Numbered from the stretch's first letter, positions 13,509 to 26,327 are shown. The stretch is DNA of 64,000 bases from Eledone cirrhosa (GCA_964016885.1 OZ024757.1:41044001-41108000), one strand, 5' to 3'. Program-made: numbers and translations. Notes: a model not told the origin generated them from the sequence alone.

Positions 13509-14277
13509 TTAAAGAAGAGTTAAGGGACATTATTTGTTCATGACCTGGCCTTAAATACTGTCTCAGTCGGATGGGTATTGAAAATTGTATAGAAAAAAGT
13601 CTTTGTAAAACAGCTGCTTCAAAACAACAAGGATGGTGATGATGGTGATGATGATGATAATGATGATGAGGATGATTATGATATTTTGTGTGCAATTTTC
13701 AATATGAATTCACCTGACTGCATCATTTAAATTGTAATACACCAGTTTGTTGAGGAAGAAAATCACGATATAAAAAAAAACAAAAAAAAACTTACAATCT
13801 TTTATCATCAGCTCTCCAAAGAAAAGTGGATATGATTTCAATAATTTAAGAATTAGGAAAAAATTACTAATTATCATTCCTGCTCCAGGTAGAAAACCTC
13901 ACCTTTGCTAAACAGGATTACGTCCAACAAAGGTTGATTTTTTTCCCCATAAGCATGACAATTAATAGTTTTTCCATACAAATAATTCTTAATTTCCTGG
14001 AATTAACCCCACGCGAATTATCCTCATTTAAAAGTGCCAAGCAATTGAAATTAACAGCAAACTTATTAGAATTCTACCACTCTTCAGCTACCAAAGGAAA
14101 GGCTGTATTCTTTGGTAAACAAAATATAGAAAGTTTGAAAAAATATTGTTTCCGGCAAATTAATGGTTCAAAAATTATAAGAATTATAGAATTGCAACCT
14201 TCTGAAAAAAATAGTTTTGAAAATATAAAGAAAACGAAAAGGTATTGCAATTAGTTAATAAAAACAAAATTTATTAA

Positions 14278-14509
14278 CCCTTTTGATGGCAAACTAATCA
14301 AAATTGGTTCTGCTTCTATGAAACAAAACCATCAATTTTCAATGATTCCTATTTGAATTAAGAAACACCAACATAAATTTAGATGAGAACTATATATTGA
14401 CTCACCATCTAAGTAATGAAATAATTAATCATTTTAGTAAATCCCTCAAGAGACTTCATTAATTAATTGAAATAGAGTCTATTTAATTAGAAATAAGGTA
14501 ATGAAAGGG
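14278..14509. mobile_element. Second TTAA-flanked MITE
   Basis: TTAA|cccttt...aaaggg|TTAA; related fragments at 28300-29040 and 29625-29830. Confidence 0.55.
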
Positions 14510-14901
14510 TTAAGCTACAATCATATTACAGCTACTGTGACATCAACATAAATACTGTCTATACATGTATTCCAGAAATATTTCTCACCATGGGCAGCTG
14601 ATTGCTAAGGTAATAAAAACAGTTTTATAGATTTTAGGAGGTTCATATTTTTCTTTTTTTTTAACTATATGATATTATAAAACTTAGTAAAGCAGTTTCA
14701 TTAAAGATTCATTGAAAATTTCCCCTCATTTTTCACTTTTTTTTTATCAGATTCAACTTGGACTCGCTCTTATCTTCTATAATTTTTCATTTTTTTTAAA
14801 ACTATATGATATTCTAGGACGTGGTAAAGTAGTTTCATTGAAGACTCATTGAAAATTTCCCCTCATTTTTTCTTTTTTTATCACATTCCACTTGGACAAA
14901 C

Positions 14902-14932
<31 letters not shown>

Positions 14933-15605
14933 CTTCTCCCCCCTCTTCTTCTTCTTCTTCTTCTTCACCCAGTTATTCCTGAGAGGGTCGTGGAGGCAGA
15001 GCCCGCAAGCATTCCTTCCAGCATGGAAAGTAGTTTCATTTTAACATGGTAAAGTAGTTTCGTTTAAACTTTTGTCTGTCATACTCATTTTTCAGTCATA
15101 GGAGAGAGTTTATATTTGGGTTAAGGAGCATAATTTGGTCTAGACAGATCGAATGTTGAGTGAGAATTTATCTTCCTTTGTAGATTTTCTTTTCTTTACA
15201 TATTTCACAGCATCTCATTCTTCAAGAGATGACTGTACATTTACCAATAAGTACATACATTATTTAATAAATGTTTCTTAAAGTCAACCAACATCTTTCT
15301 ATAACTAGGATTTCCGCTCATATGATTTCTGTATCCCGAGATGCTGTGCATATAATATATAAAATACTTACATATATATATGAATACTTACATATATATA
15401 TGAATACTTACATATAATATATATATGTGTGTGTGTATATATATATATACATATATATATACATAAATGTATGTATGTATATATATATACCATCATCATC
15501 ATCAAATATATAGCAACTGATCAACATCTTCCGGAATTTTAACAATAATATATATAAAAATAAAAGAACACCTTTATGTTATCAGCTTGACTGACATGTG
15601 TATAT

Positions 15606-15691
<86 letters not shown>

Positions 15692-15789
15692 ATATAGATA
15701 GAACATCGATAGATAGATGGTTAGGTGATAGGTAGGTTGTGAGGAGTTTGAGTCTCGGATCAGTTGATACAGTGTGTCCTTAAGAAAGA

Positions 15790-16314
15790 CACAGAAGAAG
15801 AAGAACGCAAAGAGAAGAAGAAGAAGAAGAAGAAGAAGAAGAACGCAAAGAAGAAGAACGCAAAGAAGAAGAAGAACAAGAAGAAGAAGAAGAACGCAAA
15901 GAAGAAGAAACGCGAAGAAGAAGAAGAAGAAGAAGAAGAAGAACGCAGAGAAGAAGACGAGAAGGAAGAAGAAGAAGAAGAAGAACGCAAAGAAGAAGAA
16001 GAAGAAGAAGAAGAAGAAGAAGAAGAAGAAAAGAAGAAGAAGAAGAAGAACGCAAAGAAGAAGAAGAACGCGAAGAAGAAGAAGAAGAAGAAGAAGAAGA
16101 AGAAGAAGAAGAAGAAGAAGAACGCAGAGAAGAAGAACGCAGAGAAGAATAAGAGAAGAAGAACGCAAAGAAGAAGAAGAAGAGAACGCAAAGAAGAAAA
16201 AGAAGAACGCAAAGAAGAAGAAGAAGAAGAACGCAAAGAAGAAGAAGAAGAAGAAGAAGAAGAAGAAGAAGAAGAGAAGAAGAAGAAGAAGAATGCAGAG
16301 AAGAAGAAGAAGAA

Positions 16315-16358
<44 letters not shown>

Positions 16359-17471
16359 GGAACGCAGAGAAGAAGAAGAAGAAGAAGAAGAAGGAAGAAG
16401 AAGAAGAAGAAGAAGAAGAAGAAGAACGCAAAGAAGAAGAAGAACGCAAAGAAGAAGAACGCGAAGTAGAAGAGAAGAAGAAGAAGGAAGAAGAAGAAGA
16501 AGAAGAAGAAGAAGAAGAAGAAGAAGAACGGCGAAGAAGAAGAAGAAGAAGGAAGAAGAAGAAGAAGAAGAAGAAGAACGCGAAGAAGAAGAAGAACGCA
16601 AAGAAGAAGAAGAAGAACGCGAAGAAGAAGAAGAAGAAGAAGAAGAAGAAGAAGAAGAAGAAGAAGAAGAAGAAGAAGAAGAACGCAGAGAAGAAGAACG
16701 CGAAGAAGAAGAACAAGAAGAACAAGAACGCAAAGAAGAAGAAGAAGAAGAAGAAGAAGAAGAAGAAGAAGAAGAAGAAGAAGAACGCAAAGAAGAAGAA
16801 GAAGAACGCAAAGAAGAAGAAGAAGAAGAACGCAAAGAAGAACGCAAAGAAGAAGAAGAAGAAGAAGAAGAAGAAGAAGAAGAAGAAGAAGAAGAAGAAG
16901 AAGAACGCAAAAGAAGAAGAAGAAGAAGAAGAAGAAGAAGAAGAAGAAGAAGAAGAAGAACGCAAAGAAGAAGAAGAACGCAGAGAAGAAGAACGCGAAG
17001 AAGAAGAAGAACGCAGAGAAGAAGAAGAAGAAGAAGAAGAAGAAGAAGAAGAACGCAGAGAAGAAGAAGAAGAACGCAAAGAAGAAGAAGAACGCAAAGA
17101 AGAAGAAGAAGAAGAAGAAGAAGAAGAAGAAGAAGAAGAAGAAGAAGAAGAGGAACGCAGAGAAGAAGAAGAAGAAGAAGAAGAAGAAGAAGAAGAAGAA
17201 GAGGAACGCAGAGAAGAAGAAGAAGAAGAAGAAGAAGAAGAAGAAGAAGAAGAAGAACGCGAAGAAGAAGAAGAAGAAGAAGAAGAAGAAGAAGAAGAAG
17301 AAGAAGAAGAACGTGAAGAAGAAGAAGAAGAACGTGAAGAAGAAGAAGAAGAACGTGAAGAAGAAGAAGAAGAAGAAGAAGAAGAAGAAGAAGAAGAAGA
17401 AGAAGAAGAAGAAGAAGAACGCAAAGAAGAAGAAGAAGAAGAAGAAGAAGAACGCAAAGAAGAAGAAGAAG

Positions 17472-17500
<29 letters not shown>
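15790..17500. repeat. 1.7-kb (GAA)n array with recurrent cgca/cgcg/cgtg interruptions
   Basis: Directly visible; source of the spurious 376-590 aa ORFs. Confidence 0.95.
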
Positions 17501-17502
<2 letters not shown>

Positions 17503-17774
17503 TAACGGTTGTTTACAAACGGTATATGATAAATAGGCAATAATTGTTATGTGGGAATCGGCATAATTGAACGTTGTTTGTCCCAGAAACCGGAAATTGG
17601 TAAAATAAATTCAGAAAAAAGAGTACATATCTTCTGGTATTGCTTTCATAATATTATTCTGACAAATGGCTGATAACTTTCAGAAAGTCGGTACATTGCG
17701 TAAAAATATATAAAATAAAACAAAATAACATTTCATGCAGCATATTTCAGGGTAAAACCCACTTTTCAAATGTG

Positions 17775-17824
<50 letters not shown>

Positions 17825-17827
<3 letters not shown>

Positions 17828-18061
17828 CTCATAATATTAAGTTCATATGTAGATATGTCACTATCTGAATACCAAATATTGTGTTTTATCTGACGATAGC
17901 GTATCAAAATACAGGTGCGCTAATAAAATAAATATGGTTTTATAAAGATATTTTCCATTTATTAATATTATTGATATCATACTACAGAAGATATCTGTTG
18001 AGTGCTTCTAAACTGTTATAAATTAACTTTGTTGAATAATCAACAAATTAAATAACTCATT

Positions 18062-18065
<4 letters not shown>
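17825..18065 (+). mobile_element. Family-B-related island with decayed HHR
   Basis: tgttttat CTGACGA tagcgtatc/ggtgcgcta ataaaata: GAAA and stem III deleted; ttgagtgc at 17998; (TA)n on both sides. Confidence 0.65.
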
Positions 18066-18103
<38 letters not shown>

Positions 18104-18363
18104 CTCACGGTGGAGATGACGAAGGACCGTAACATTTTTCACTAATAGCTATCCAATCACTCCACTTCAAAATTCTTTTTTCTATATCTCTATGGATGCT
18201 TGACTGTTTGTTCTGAAAGATGTTCTGCTTAAATAGTTGCAATGTTAATGAAAAACTGGTTTTATTTACAAAAATATGAAAAAAATTATTCTTACTTGTC
18301 TTAGTTTTTCCTTTTCCTTTCATTTTCTGACGTCGAAATCAACATTTTCTCATATTTACGCTG

Positions 18364-19467
18364 TTACAGTTTGTTCAAAAGAATGCTTTTGATGACAACA
18401 TTCTTAGTTGACTGGGTATCCTTCAGAAACACTCAAACATTTTCTTTTCGTTTTCCGCGGCTAATGGCTACATACAGTTGACCGTGTTGGAATACAGGTC
18501 GTTCCAGATAAACCAAGACGTTTACCATTTCTTTTGGCAACATAATTTCCTCATTTTCAGTTTTTTTTATCTTATCTTCTCCAATATCCAATAGGAACTG
18601 TGAATAGTCTCCTGCTCCCCCACCCAATCGCCTGTTTGTCTTCAACTGAAATCTTTTGAAGCTTCGCCATAAGTAGGATTTCCCCTTTTCACTACCGGAA
18701 GAAGCTGACGGAAATCGCCACAGTAAATTGTTAAAATTCCACCGAATGTCTCATTGGTCAACAGCTTCGAAGCTTTCCCTTCGAATGTCTCATTGGTCAA
18801 CAGCTTCGAAGCTTTCCCTTCGAATGTCTCATTGGTCAACAGCTTCGAAGCTTTCCCTCCGAATCATAGGACACTCATCCCAAACAATCAACCTTGTATG
18901 CTGGAAGAGGTTTGCCGTCTTTGAGTTTTTATCAATGTTGTACAGACCATTTTCTTTCACTACTATCGGTATTTTGAACCTAGAATGCGCTGTTCTTCCA
19001 CCAGGCATCAGTGTTGCGGCAATGCCAATGACGCAACAGCAATAGCCATGACACCGTTTCCCCTGACTTTTGAAAGAATTAAGTTAATCAGGAATGTCTT
19101 TCCTGTTCCACCTGGAGCGTCAATGACTGTTACAAACGAAGTCGTACACGTGTTTTTGTTCACTCTTCAATAGAGGCTCTGTCTCTTCTACAAATCGTCG
19201 CTGCTCTTCTCTTGTGTAATGCAATTCATGCAATAACTCCAAATTGCCAATATCCTGATTAGCAACAATATTATTTGGCCTTGGCAAGTTAAAGTCACTA
19301 AGACTTTTGCCCAGGTCGTTAAGTTTGTCTTCAAAATACAGAAGACATTGATCATAATGTCTCTTGCTAATCAAACGGCTAGAATTTCTGGTAGCCCTTT
19401 TTTCTATTTGAAGGTAATCTTCAGACAGCGAATGCTTAAATCGAACCCTTAAAGCTGGAATTGTCAA
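18364..19467 (-). pseudogene. Helitron Rep-Hel PIF1-family helicase fragment (frameshifted, internally deleted)
   Basis: Motifs on the minus strand: DAPGGTGKTF (Walker A), GIAATLMPGGRTAHSRFKIP, IVWDECPM, GDFRQLLPVV, VFQHGQLYVAISR, TKNVV. Confidence 0.92.
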
Positions 19468-19493
19468 TTTCTGTATTTGTGAGGAGCACTCGA

Positions 19494-19678
19494 TGGATTG
19501 GCAGTATCGGTAGAGGGTCGGATGTCATGCTTTCCAGCACCGTTACGTCCCTTTACGATCTGAGTTCAAATCCCGCCGAGGTTAACTTTGCCTTTCATCC
19601 TTACGGGGTCGATAAAATAAAGTACCAGTAACGCACTGGGTTATTGCTGGCCTTGTGCCTAAAGTAGAAACAGTTATT
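19494..19678 (+). mobile_element. tRNA-derived SINE
   Basis: Same family; lies next to the Helitron fragment. Confidence 0.85.
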
Positions 19679-20561
19679 GTTTACTTTAACAGCAGCATTG
19701 ACTCGAAAGAAGATTTGATTTTCCTCAGGTAGATGAACTTGAAGGCGAACTACGGCGGGTTCCCTCTCATGAATTGGAAATCCAAGTACTAAGGCAACAA
19801 ATATTCTGTTTAAAGAAAGCCGAAATATATATACTCAGTGTACAAATAATTTGTATTTTTTAAGTCATTTTCACTTAAGAATATTTTTTAAATATGCCAA
19901 GAAATATTTTTTTCCATCGTATTCACACGAAAATAATTTTTAAAAAATAAAGATATTGTCTATGTAAATAAAGCTATTTGTGAAATCAAATTCACTTTAA
20001 AATATTTCTAAATAATTGAAATATTCTTTTTAACTAAAGCAAAAATATAAACACCTACTGTTTAACACCAACTGGTATTTTTCAGCGATGTTCACTTAAT
20101 GCTATCGTCTGTTTAAAGAAAGCTCAAATATAGATACTTGCAGTACAAACAACTTGTAGTTTTGAAATCATATTCACTGAGAAATCACTGAAAACTCTTT
20201 TTTTAATAATTATTAAAATATTTCTCGAATGATGAAAATAGTTTATGTCGATTTACGTCAAACTTGTTTAATCCCCATTTCAGGGTTATATCACTTACAG
20301 CGCTATTTCTCCATTATGCACCGTTTTGGCTATTTACGAGGGTATCCTACACACACATACACACATGCTTCTAAGTATGTAAACACATGCACTGGCACAC
20401 ACATGGTGGCAGTATAACTGTGAAAGAGAGAGAAGGAAATAACGTTATGGATAGGGGGAGAGTTAAAATAAATAAAAGTTAAGGACGTTGTGTCTTTCTG
20501 TCATCCCCCCTCTCTCATCCTCTCACTCTCTCTCTTTCTCTCTCTCAGCCTCACTCTCTCT

Positions 20562-20873
20562 GGCACTGGTTGCTTCTCAGCAAGCAGTGAACCCCGCCTA
20601 TACTTCCTCCCGTCGTTTATATCCGTAAAGTGACTAAAGATTAAAAACAAATGTAATATATTTAGAGTTAAGGTTAGTTTTTAGAGTTAGGGTTAGGGTT
20701 AAGGTTAGGGTTAGGGACGAACTAAACATACAGAGAATAAAAAAATTGAACAGAGAAGAAAATTATTGCGATTTCACTTTACGGATATAAACGACGGGAG
20801 GTGCTATAGGCAGGGTTCACCGCTTGCTGAGACGCAAACTTTCACTTTTGACAGACAATAACAAACCAGTGCC
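20562..20873. mobile_element. MITE with long TIRs and internal (TTAGGG)-like repeats
   Basis: Ends ggcactggtt/aaccagtgcc; ~58-bp subterminal inverted repeat 20575-20633/20774-20832; ttagggttaggg at 20687-20716; inserted in a (CT)n tract. Confidence 0.85.
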
Positions 20874-21413
20874 CTCTCACTCACTCTCTCTTTCTCTCAC
20901 TCACCCTCACTCTCTCTTTCTCTCTTTCACCCCCTCTGGACAACCAAAAAACAAATGGATTATTTCTTTCGATATTCATTATAAAATAAAATAAATTGAA
21001 TTTAGATGAATTCTTTGTTATTTTTGGAAAATTGTAAATATTGTCCAAGTGCGATTTACACCAAACTTGTTTTATTCAGAGTATTTTCTCATTATGCAAT
21101 GTTTTGGTTATTTACGAAGTTTTGCAAGGTTATGTTAATTTCGGGGTATTTTCCCAGTATGCACCGTTGTGGCTATTTACGAAGGTACCCCCAAAACCCG
21201 CGAATCTCGGGAACCCGGGTTCAGATTTTCGCGAAACTTGTTTTATTCAATTTGTATTCCCATTTCAGAGGCAACTTGCTTTCAAAGTATTTACCCATTA
21301 TGCGCCCTTTTGGCTGTATTACATAACAGACAAGCAAGCAAGCACGCAATATCAGATAGATAGATAAGATTTCAGTCATCATCATCATCGTCATGATTAT
21401 TACTATTATTATT

Positions 21414-21603
21414 TGAATTAGTAGTATCGGTAGAGGGTCGGACGCCATGCTTTGATGCATAGAGTTACGGCCCTTGCCATTCTGAGTTCAAATCCCTCCG
21501 AGGGTAACTTTACCTTTCATCCTTACGGGGTCGATAAAATAAAGTACCAGTATTACACTGGGTAATTGCTGGCCTTGTGCCAAAAGTAGAAACAATTATT
21601 ATT
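21414..21603 (+). mobile_element. tRNA-derived SINE
   Basis: Same family. Confidence 0.85.
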
Positions 21604-21675
21604 GTTGTTACAATGTCTGGAAAATATATTTCATCTCTATAGAGGCCAATGGCTTTTTTTTTTATTATATACTAC

Positions 21676-21708
<33 letters not shown>

Positions 21709-21958
21709 TTAAAGGTTAAACAAGGTTCAATGAATAAATCAAAGAATAAAGTTTTACAATAGATTAGAAGCACTCCACAAATATGGTTTTCCGGAGTTAT
21801 TAATATTAATTCAAAATATTAACAAATTTTCTGTATTATATGTAATTTGTTCATGTCTCAATCTTAAGGTATATAAATATTGAGTTTTGTCATAACTTAT
21901 TCACTGCCATGACTGAATTTTAACCATCTACTTAGTCAGGGTATGTCATACATCATCT

Positions 21959-22025
21959 TATTTTATCTGATGAGGACGTACTGTTGAAGATAGCTCAGTA
22001 CCTCTGAAATATGTGTAATAAAATA
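21959..22025 (+). ncRNA. Type-I minimal hammerhead ribozyme
   Basis: Perfect stem I tattttat/ataaaata; CTGATGA 21967-21973; stem II gga-c-gtactg/cagtac-c-tct; GAAA 22006-22009; GTA 22015-22017. Lies in (TA)n-flanked island 21708-22064. Confidence 0.85.
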
Positions 22026-22059
22026 TCACACGAATGTCTATTTTTGTTAATATTTTGAA

Positions 22060-22124
<65 letters not shown>

Positions 22125-22149
22125 TTACACATATATACATATATATATA

Positions 22150-22308
22150 TCCAACTGATAAGGTATGATTTTCATGGGTATGTCTCTATTTATAAAACAA
22201 ACTTTGTATTTTGTCTAAAGAAAGCGTACCAAAGTCTTTTGGTACCCTTGAAATATATATAATAAAATAAATATTGTTTTATAAATATTGTTTCCATTTA
22301 TTTAATAT

Positions 22309-22313
<5 letters not shown>
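22150..22313 (+). mobile_element. Family B island with core-mutated HHR
   Basis: CTAAAGA (22215-22221) in place of CTGATGA; stems I and II intact; GAAA 22250-22253. Confidence 0.7.
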
Positions 22314-22372
<59 letters not shown>

Positions 22373-22608
22373 GTATATATTTCAGAGTTATCATCTTTCA
22401 AATAGTATTGTAATTCAACATCTATTGAGATTTAGTTGTGCTTTTTAATCTTTTCTTTTCTTTTATTTCGGGGGTGAGGGGTGGGGGTAGTTTTGTAATG
22501 TTTTCTATTTTCTTTGTATTCAGATGAAGAAAAAAATATATTAAGTAGTCTCTGTTAAAACAACAAACAACAAAGGAAAAATATTAAATATCCTGCTAAA
22601 GGATATAT

Positions 22609-22655
<47 letters not shown>

Positions 22656-23349
22656 CATATATATATGTATGTATATATATATATTTATATATGTATATAT
22701 GTATATGTATATATATATATGTGTGTCTGTGTGTGTGTTTATATATATGCATATACATATGTATACACATATATATGCATATATATACATATACATATAT
22801 ACACACATACACACACACATATATATATACATACATATATATATATATATATACATATATATGTAAATATATATATATATTTATTGATATAAGTATAAAT
22901 GATTATATATACATATATATATATGTATATATATACTAGCATCTGAGAAATATTCTAAATAGTCTACACTACACCTATTTCTGTTTTTGCCAGATATTTG
23001 GGGTGGACAGTGGTAGAGATGTCCTCTCCAGACCTCAGGGGGTTATAAAAAAACTAATAAACAATAGAAAAAATATATAAAACAGAACCACAAAAAAAAA
23101 ATTAGTAATGACATAAATATTTAAATTATTTCTTAAAATAAAATGTTGTGCTAATGGCATAAGTTCAGCCCTTTTATCTTGGTGGGGCGGGAGGTTGAGG
23201 ACAGGGGGGGGGGGGGGTTTAGATCAACTCCAATATTTAACACTTTCTGTTATTTCCATGAGCTGCAAATGATAAATGACTAATTTGATCTCTAGAACAT
23301 GTAAAGATGGATGTGCATCCTCGCAGTCGGAATATATATATATATATAG

Positions 23350-23622
23350 TAATAATAATAAATGTGAAGACTAAAATCCAAAGAGTGCTCAATAAGGATA
23401 AATATATATTAAATATATAAGAACCCTAGAGCAAATATTTATTAAAATAACAGATTAAAGTTTAAGCAAAGAATCGCTGCTTTCACCCTTAGCAGGATCT
23501 TCTGAAAGTAAAAAAAATCAATCTGTAAACACAGAAGTAAATATTTCAAAAAATTTAGCAACTGAAGGAAAACAGGAAGACAATACTTTGGTTCGTGAAG
23601 ACATTCTCTGGTAATGAACGGA

Positions 23623-23625
<3 letters not shown>
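23350..23625 (-). mobile_element. TA-flanked island, family D (HHR-like CAGAAGA variant)
   Basis: Homologous to 59869-60087 and 60347-60556; minus strand reads cagaaga-tcctgctaagggt-gaaa. Confidence 0.6.
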
Positions 23626-23681
<56 letters not shown>

Positions 23682-23823
23682 GATAACAAATTATTGTTAT
23701 AGGTAGTCCACTTAGATGTAGTCCAGTTACGGTACTCCGAGTAGTGGATAATATTAACGCTTGGCTAAGTTTGACTCAACAAGACGTTTCCATAGAAACC
23801 ATGCATGTGGATATCCTTCATTC

Positions 23824-23942
23824 TCACATGCTCTGATGAATAGACTGGTTATAACAAAGTATTGGTGATCGATTGATGCAAAAACAGGCGGGTTGCGATC
23901 TCTAGACCTACCAGTTCAGAGAAACAATTGTCAGCAATGTGA
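23824..23942 (+). ncRNA. Hammerhead ribozyme with extended stem II
   Basis: Stem I tcacat-gct/agc-a-atgtga; CTGATGA 23833-23839; ~80-nt insert containing gactggt/accagtt; GAAA 23921-23924; palindromic acaattgt; GTC 23930-23932. Island 23680-23990 lies between (TA)n tracts. Confidence 0.75.
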
Positions 23943-23990
23943 ATAAAGCCCTTATTGTATAGCAAACCATGTCACTTTTCTTTCTTGATT

Positions 23991-24031
<41 letters not shown>

Positions 24032-24184
24032 ATATAGGAAAATATTCAGAACTCCACCCATTTCAACAGCTATATCTGAGAGAGAGACAGATGGATAGAT
24101 AGATAGATTAACATATATAGATAAATAGATAGATAGATGTATAGATAAATAGGTAGATAGATAGATAAATAAGTAGATATATAG

Positions 24185-24250
24185 ATAAATTTCTTTATTA
24201 GCCACAAGGGCACAAAAGAAGGGGACAAATACAAATGGGGAGTTTACATA
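24185..24250 (-). mobile_element. 3' end of an unclassified retroposon associated with (GATA)n
   Basis: atttctttatt-gccacaagggc also at 45812-45905 and 51940-52037, and reversed at ~12970-13000. Confidence 0.5.
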
Positions 24251-24482
24251 TAGATAGATATATAGATAGTTATAGATATATTTCTTTATTTACCATAAAG
24301 GCATTAGATAGTTATAGATAGGTAGATAGATAGATTCATAGGGAGATAGATTGATAGATAGATAGGTAGATAGATAGATAGATAAATTCTTCTCATAGTA
24401 TTTGTAACAATACTTTGCAAAAATGTTCTGATATAAAATTCTGTTGGAAGATTTTAATTGAAAGAAAAAAAAAAACCTTTAA

Positions 24483-24690
24483 CACTTTAGCATTTAAATT
24501 GGCCATATCCGATTGGAATTCTTTCACCTCTTTCTGTTCAAACCAGCTGTAACTGGCCACTCAAACTGATGTTAAGGTATTCTTCTCAAAATAAATAATA
24601 TCAAAAACTCATAGATTCAATATCATGTGAGGTAAAGGATTTACTATGAAAATATAATAGTAAATAAAGAGTAATGTAAATGCTAAAGGG
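24483..24690. mobile_element. TTAA-type MITE, family E
   Basis: TTAA|cactttagcattta...taaatgctaaaggg|TTAA. Confidence 0.8.
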
Positions 24691-25133
24691 TTAAAGTTTA
24701 TTTGTTTGTGTCAAAGTAATATTGAGAGAGTTTTGGCTGAGTTAGTGCCAAAAGGGTTAATGGAATTGGTCGTAGGGTCTATAATAATTATAAAGTTTAC
24801 CATTTTGATGGTGTTGGTGGTGGTAGTTTGATTGGTGGTGGAGTTGTTGTTGTTTGTGATGGCTTTGACAAGGATAATTTTGGGAGAAGTGATGGTGTGG
24901 TGAGTGCTTGGTGAGGGTGGAGCCATGTTGTGAGGTGGGGTAGGATGCCATAACAGAGGTCAGTGTAGAAATCATAGAAAATCTAATAAGATAATTAAAA
25001 TATTATTTCATTTATGTCTTTTATGTTTCATTCCTTACAACTTGAATCAGTTAAGATCATTAGTGAGATCAATTGATTGATTTATAATCATCATCATCAT
25101 CATCATTATCATATATTTACATATAAATACATA

Positions 25134-25172
<39 letters not shown>

Positions 25173-25174
<2 letters not shown>

Positions 25175-25376
25175 CAAAGGAAGTGTAGTAAGAAACCGCG
25201 TGGACCATAACGCACTAGAGTACTCAATACTTAGGGTAGCAGAGTGGATAATATGAAAAGAGTCAGGAGCCCGACGGGTGAGCTCCGACCGTTTCGACAG
25301 CTAGATCTGAACTGAGTTCGGATCGAGCTCTAAAAACAGCCAGAGCTCAACTATCGAGGTCCTGACTCTTTTCTTA
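25173..25376 (-). mobile_element. Fold-back island, family C
   Basis: Homologous to 29983-30155, 50301-50408 and 54170-54320; degenerate palindrome ~25253-25376; (TA)n flanks. Confidence 0.7.
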
Positions 25377-25674
25377 TATATATATAATAAGTTGATGCGA
25401 CTAGCTTAAGGTTTCCCTGCTAGTACCAGTTACATCACACCGTACACAAGTGGTAAAGTTATGTAAAAATGCCAAAGTAGACACAAAGTTATTTACCTCA
25501 ATACAACACACGTATATGTATATAATAATAAATATATATATGTATATATATATATATATTTATATATAATATAGAAATGGCTTCTACAGGACTAGAATTG
25601 TTTTATTCGGAGGAAATCATTTCTTACTGTGGTTTAATATATATATATATTATCTTTTAAAAGAATATATATAC

Positions 25675-25840
25675 GAAAATCAGGGGCAGAGGTGGTGAGA
25701 GCTGAACTCAGATCACAGAAGCTCACAGAGGAGATGACGAAGGACCGTGACGAATGGAGAGCTGCTGTGCTGAAAAGGACCCATCCCACCCTTGCAAGCA
25801 AGGAAAAGCGGACGTAAAATGATGATGATGATGATAATGA
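25675..25840 (+). mobile_element. RTE-like LINE 3' fragment with (GAT)n tail
   Basis: Homologous to 5270-5430. Confidence 0.75.
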
Positions 25841-26223
25841 TACACATATATATATATGTATATATATCTGAGATAACACATCAATCACTAAATTGGTTTC
25901 TTAACTTCCATAGGAAGACTTTCTATATGACACCTAATGATATTCCAGATCTGTAGGAGACAGAGAGGGGTTCCCAATAGATTCCAGATCTGTTGGAGGG
26001 GTTTTCAATAGATTTTCCAATACCTGTCCATAACCATGAATAGATATTCTCCTGCTTTATTCAAACTATTCTAAATATTCGCTATTCACATATTTTCTTC
26101 TCCACCATAAAAATTATTATGTATTTAGAATACAAATAAATAAACGAACCCTCAAGGTACATACACATATATATATGTATATATATATATATGTATATAA
26201 ATACATACATACATACATACATG

Positions 26224-26276
<53 letters not shown>

Positions 26277-26294
26277 CATACATATATATATATG

Positions 26295-26327
<33 letters not shown>

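Noticed and set aside
13934-14254. 106-aa ORF
   Set aside because: AT-rich, non-ATG start, no recognisable motif.
15190-15350. cacagcatctc/gagatgctgtg inverted repeat followed by GAAAtatgTA on the minus strand
   Set aside because: CUGANGA and stem I are absent; too weak to call even as a remnant.
15539-17543. Long ORFs of 209-590 aa (poly-E/K/S/F)
   Set aside because: Stop-free translations of the (GAA)n array in several frames on both strands.
20687-20716. True telomere
   Set aside because: Only about five units, internal to a TIR element.
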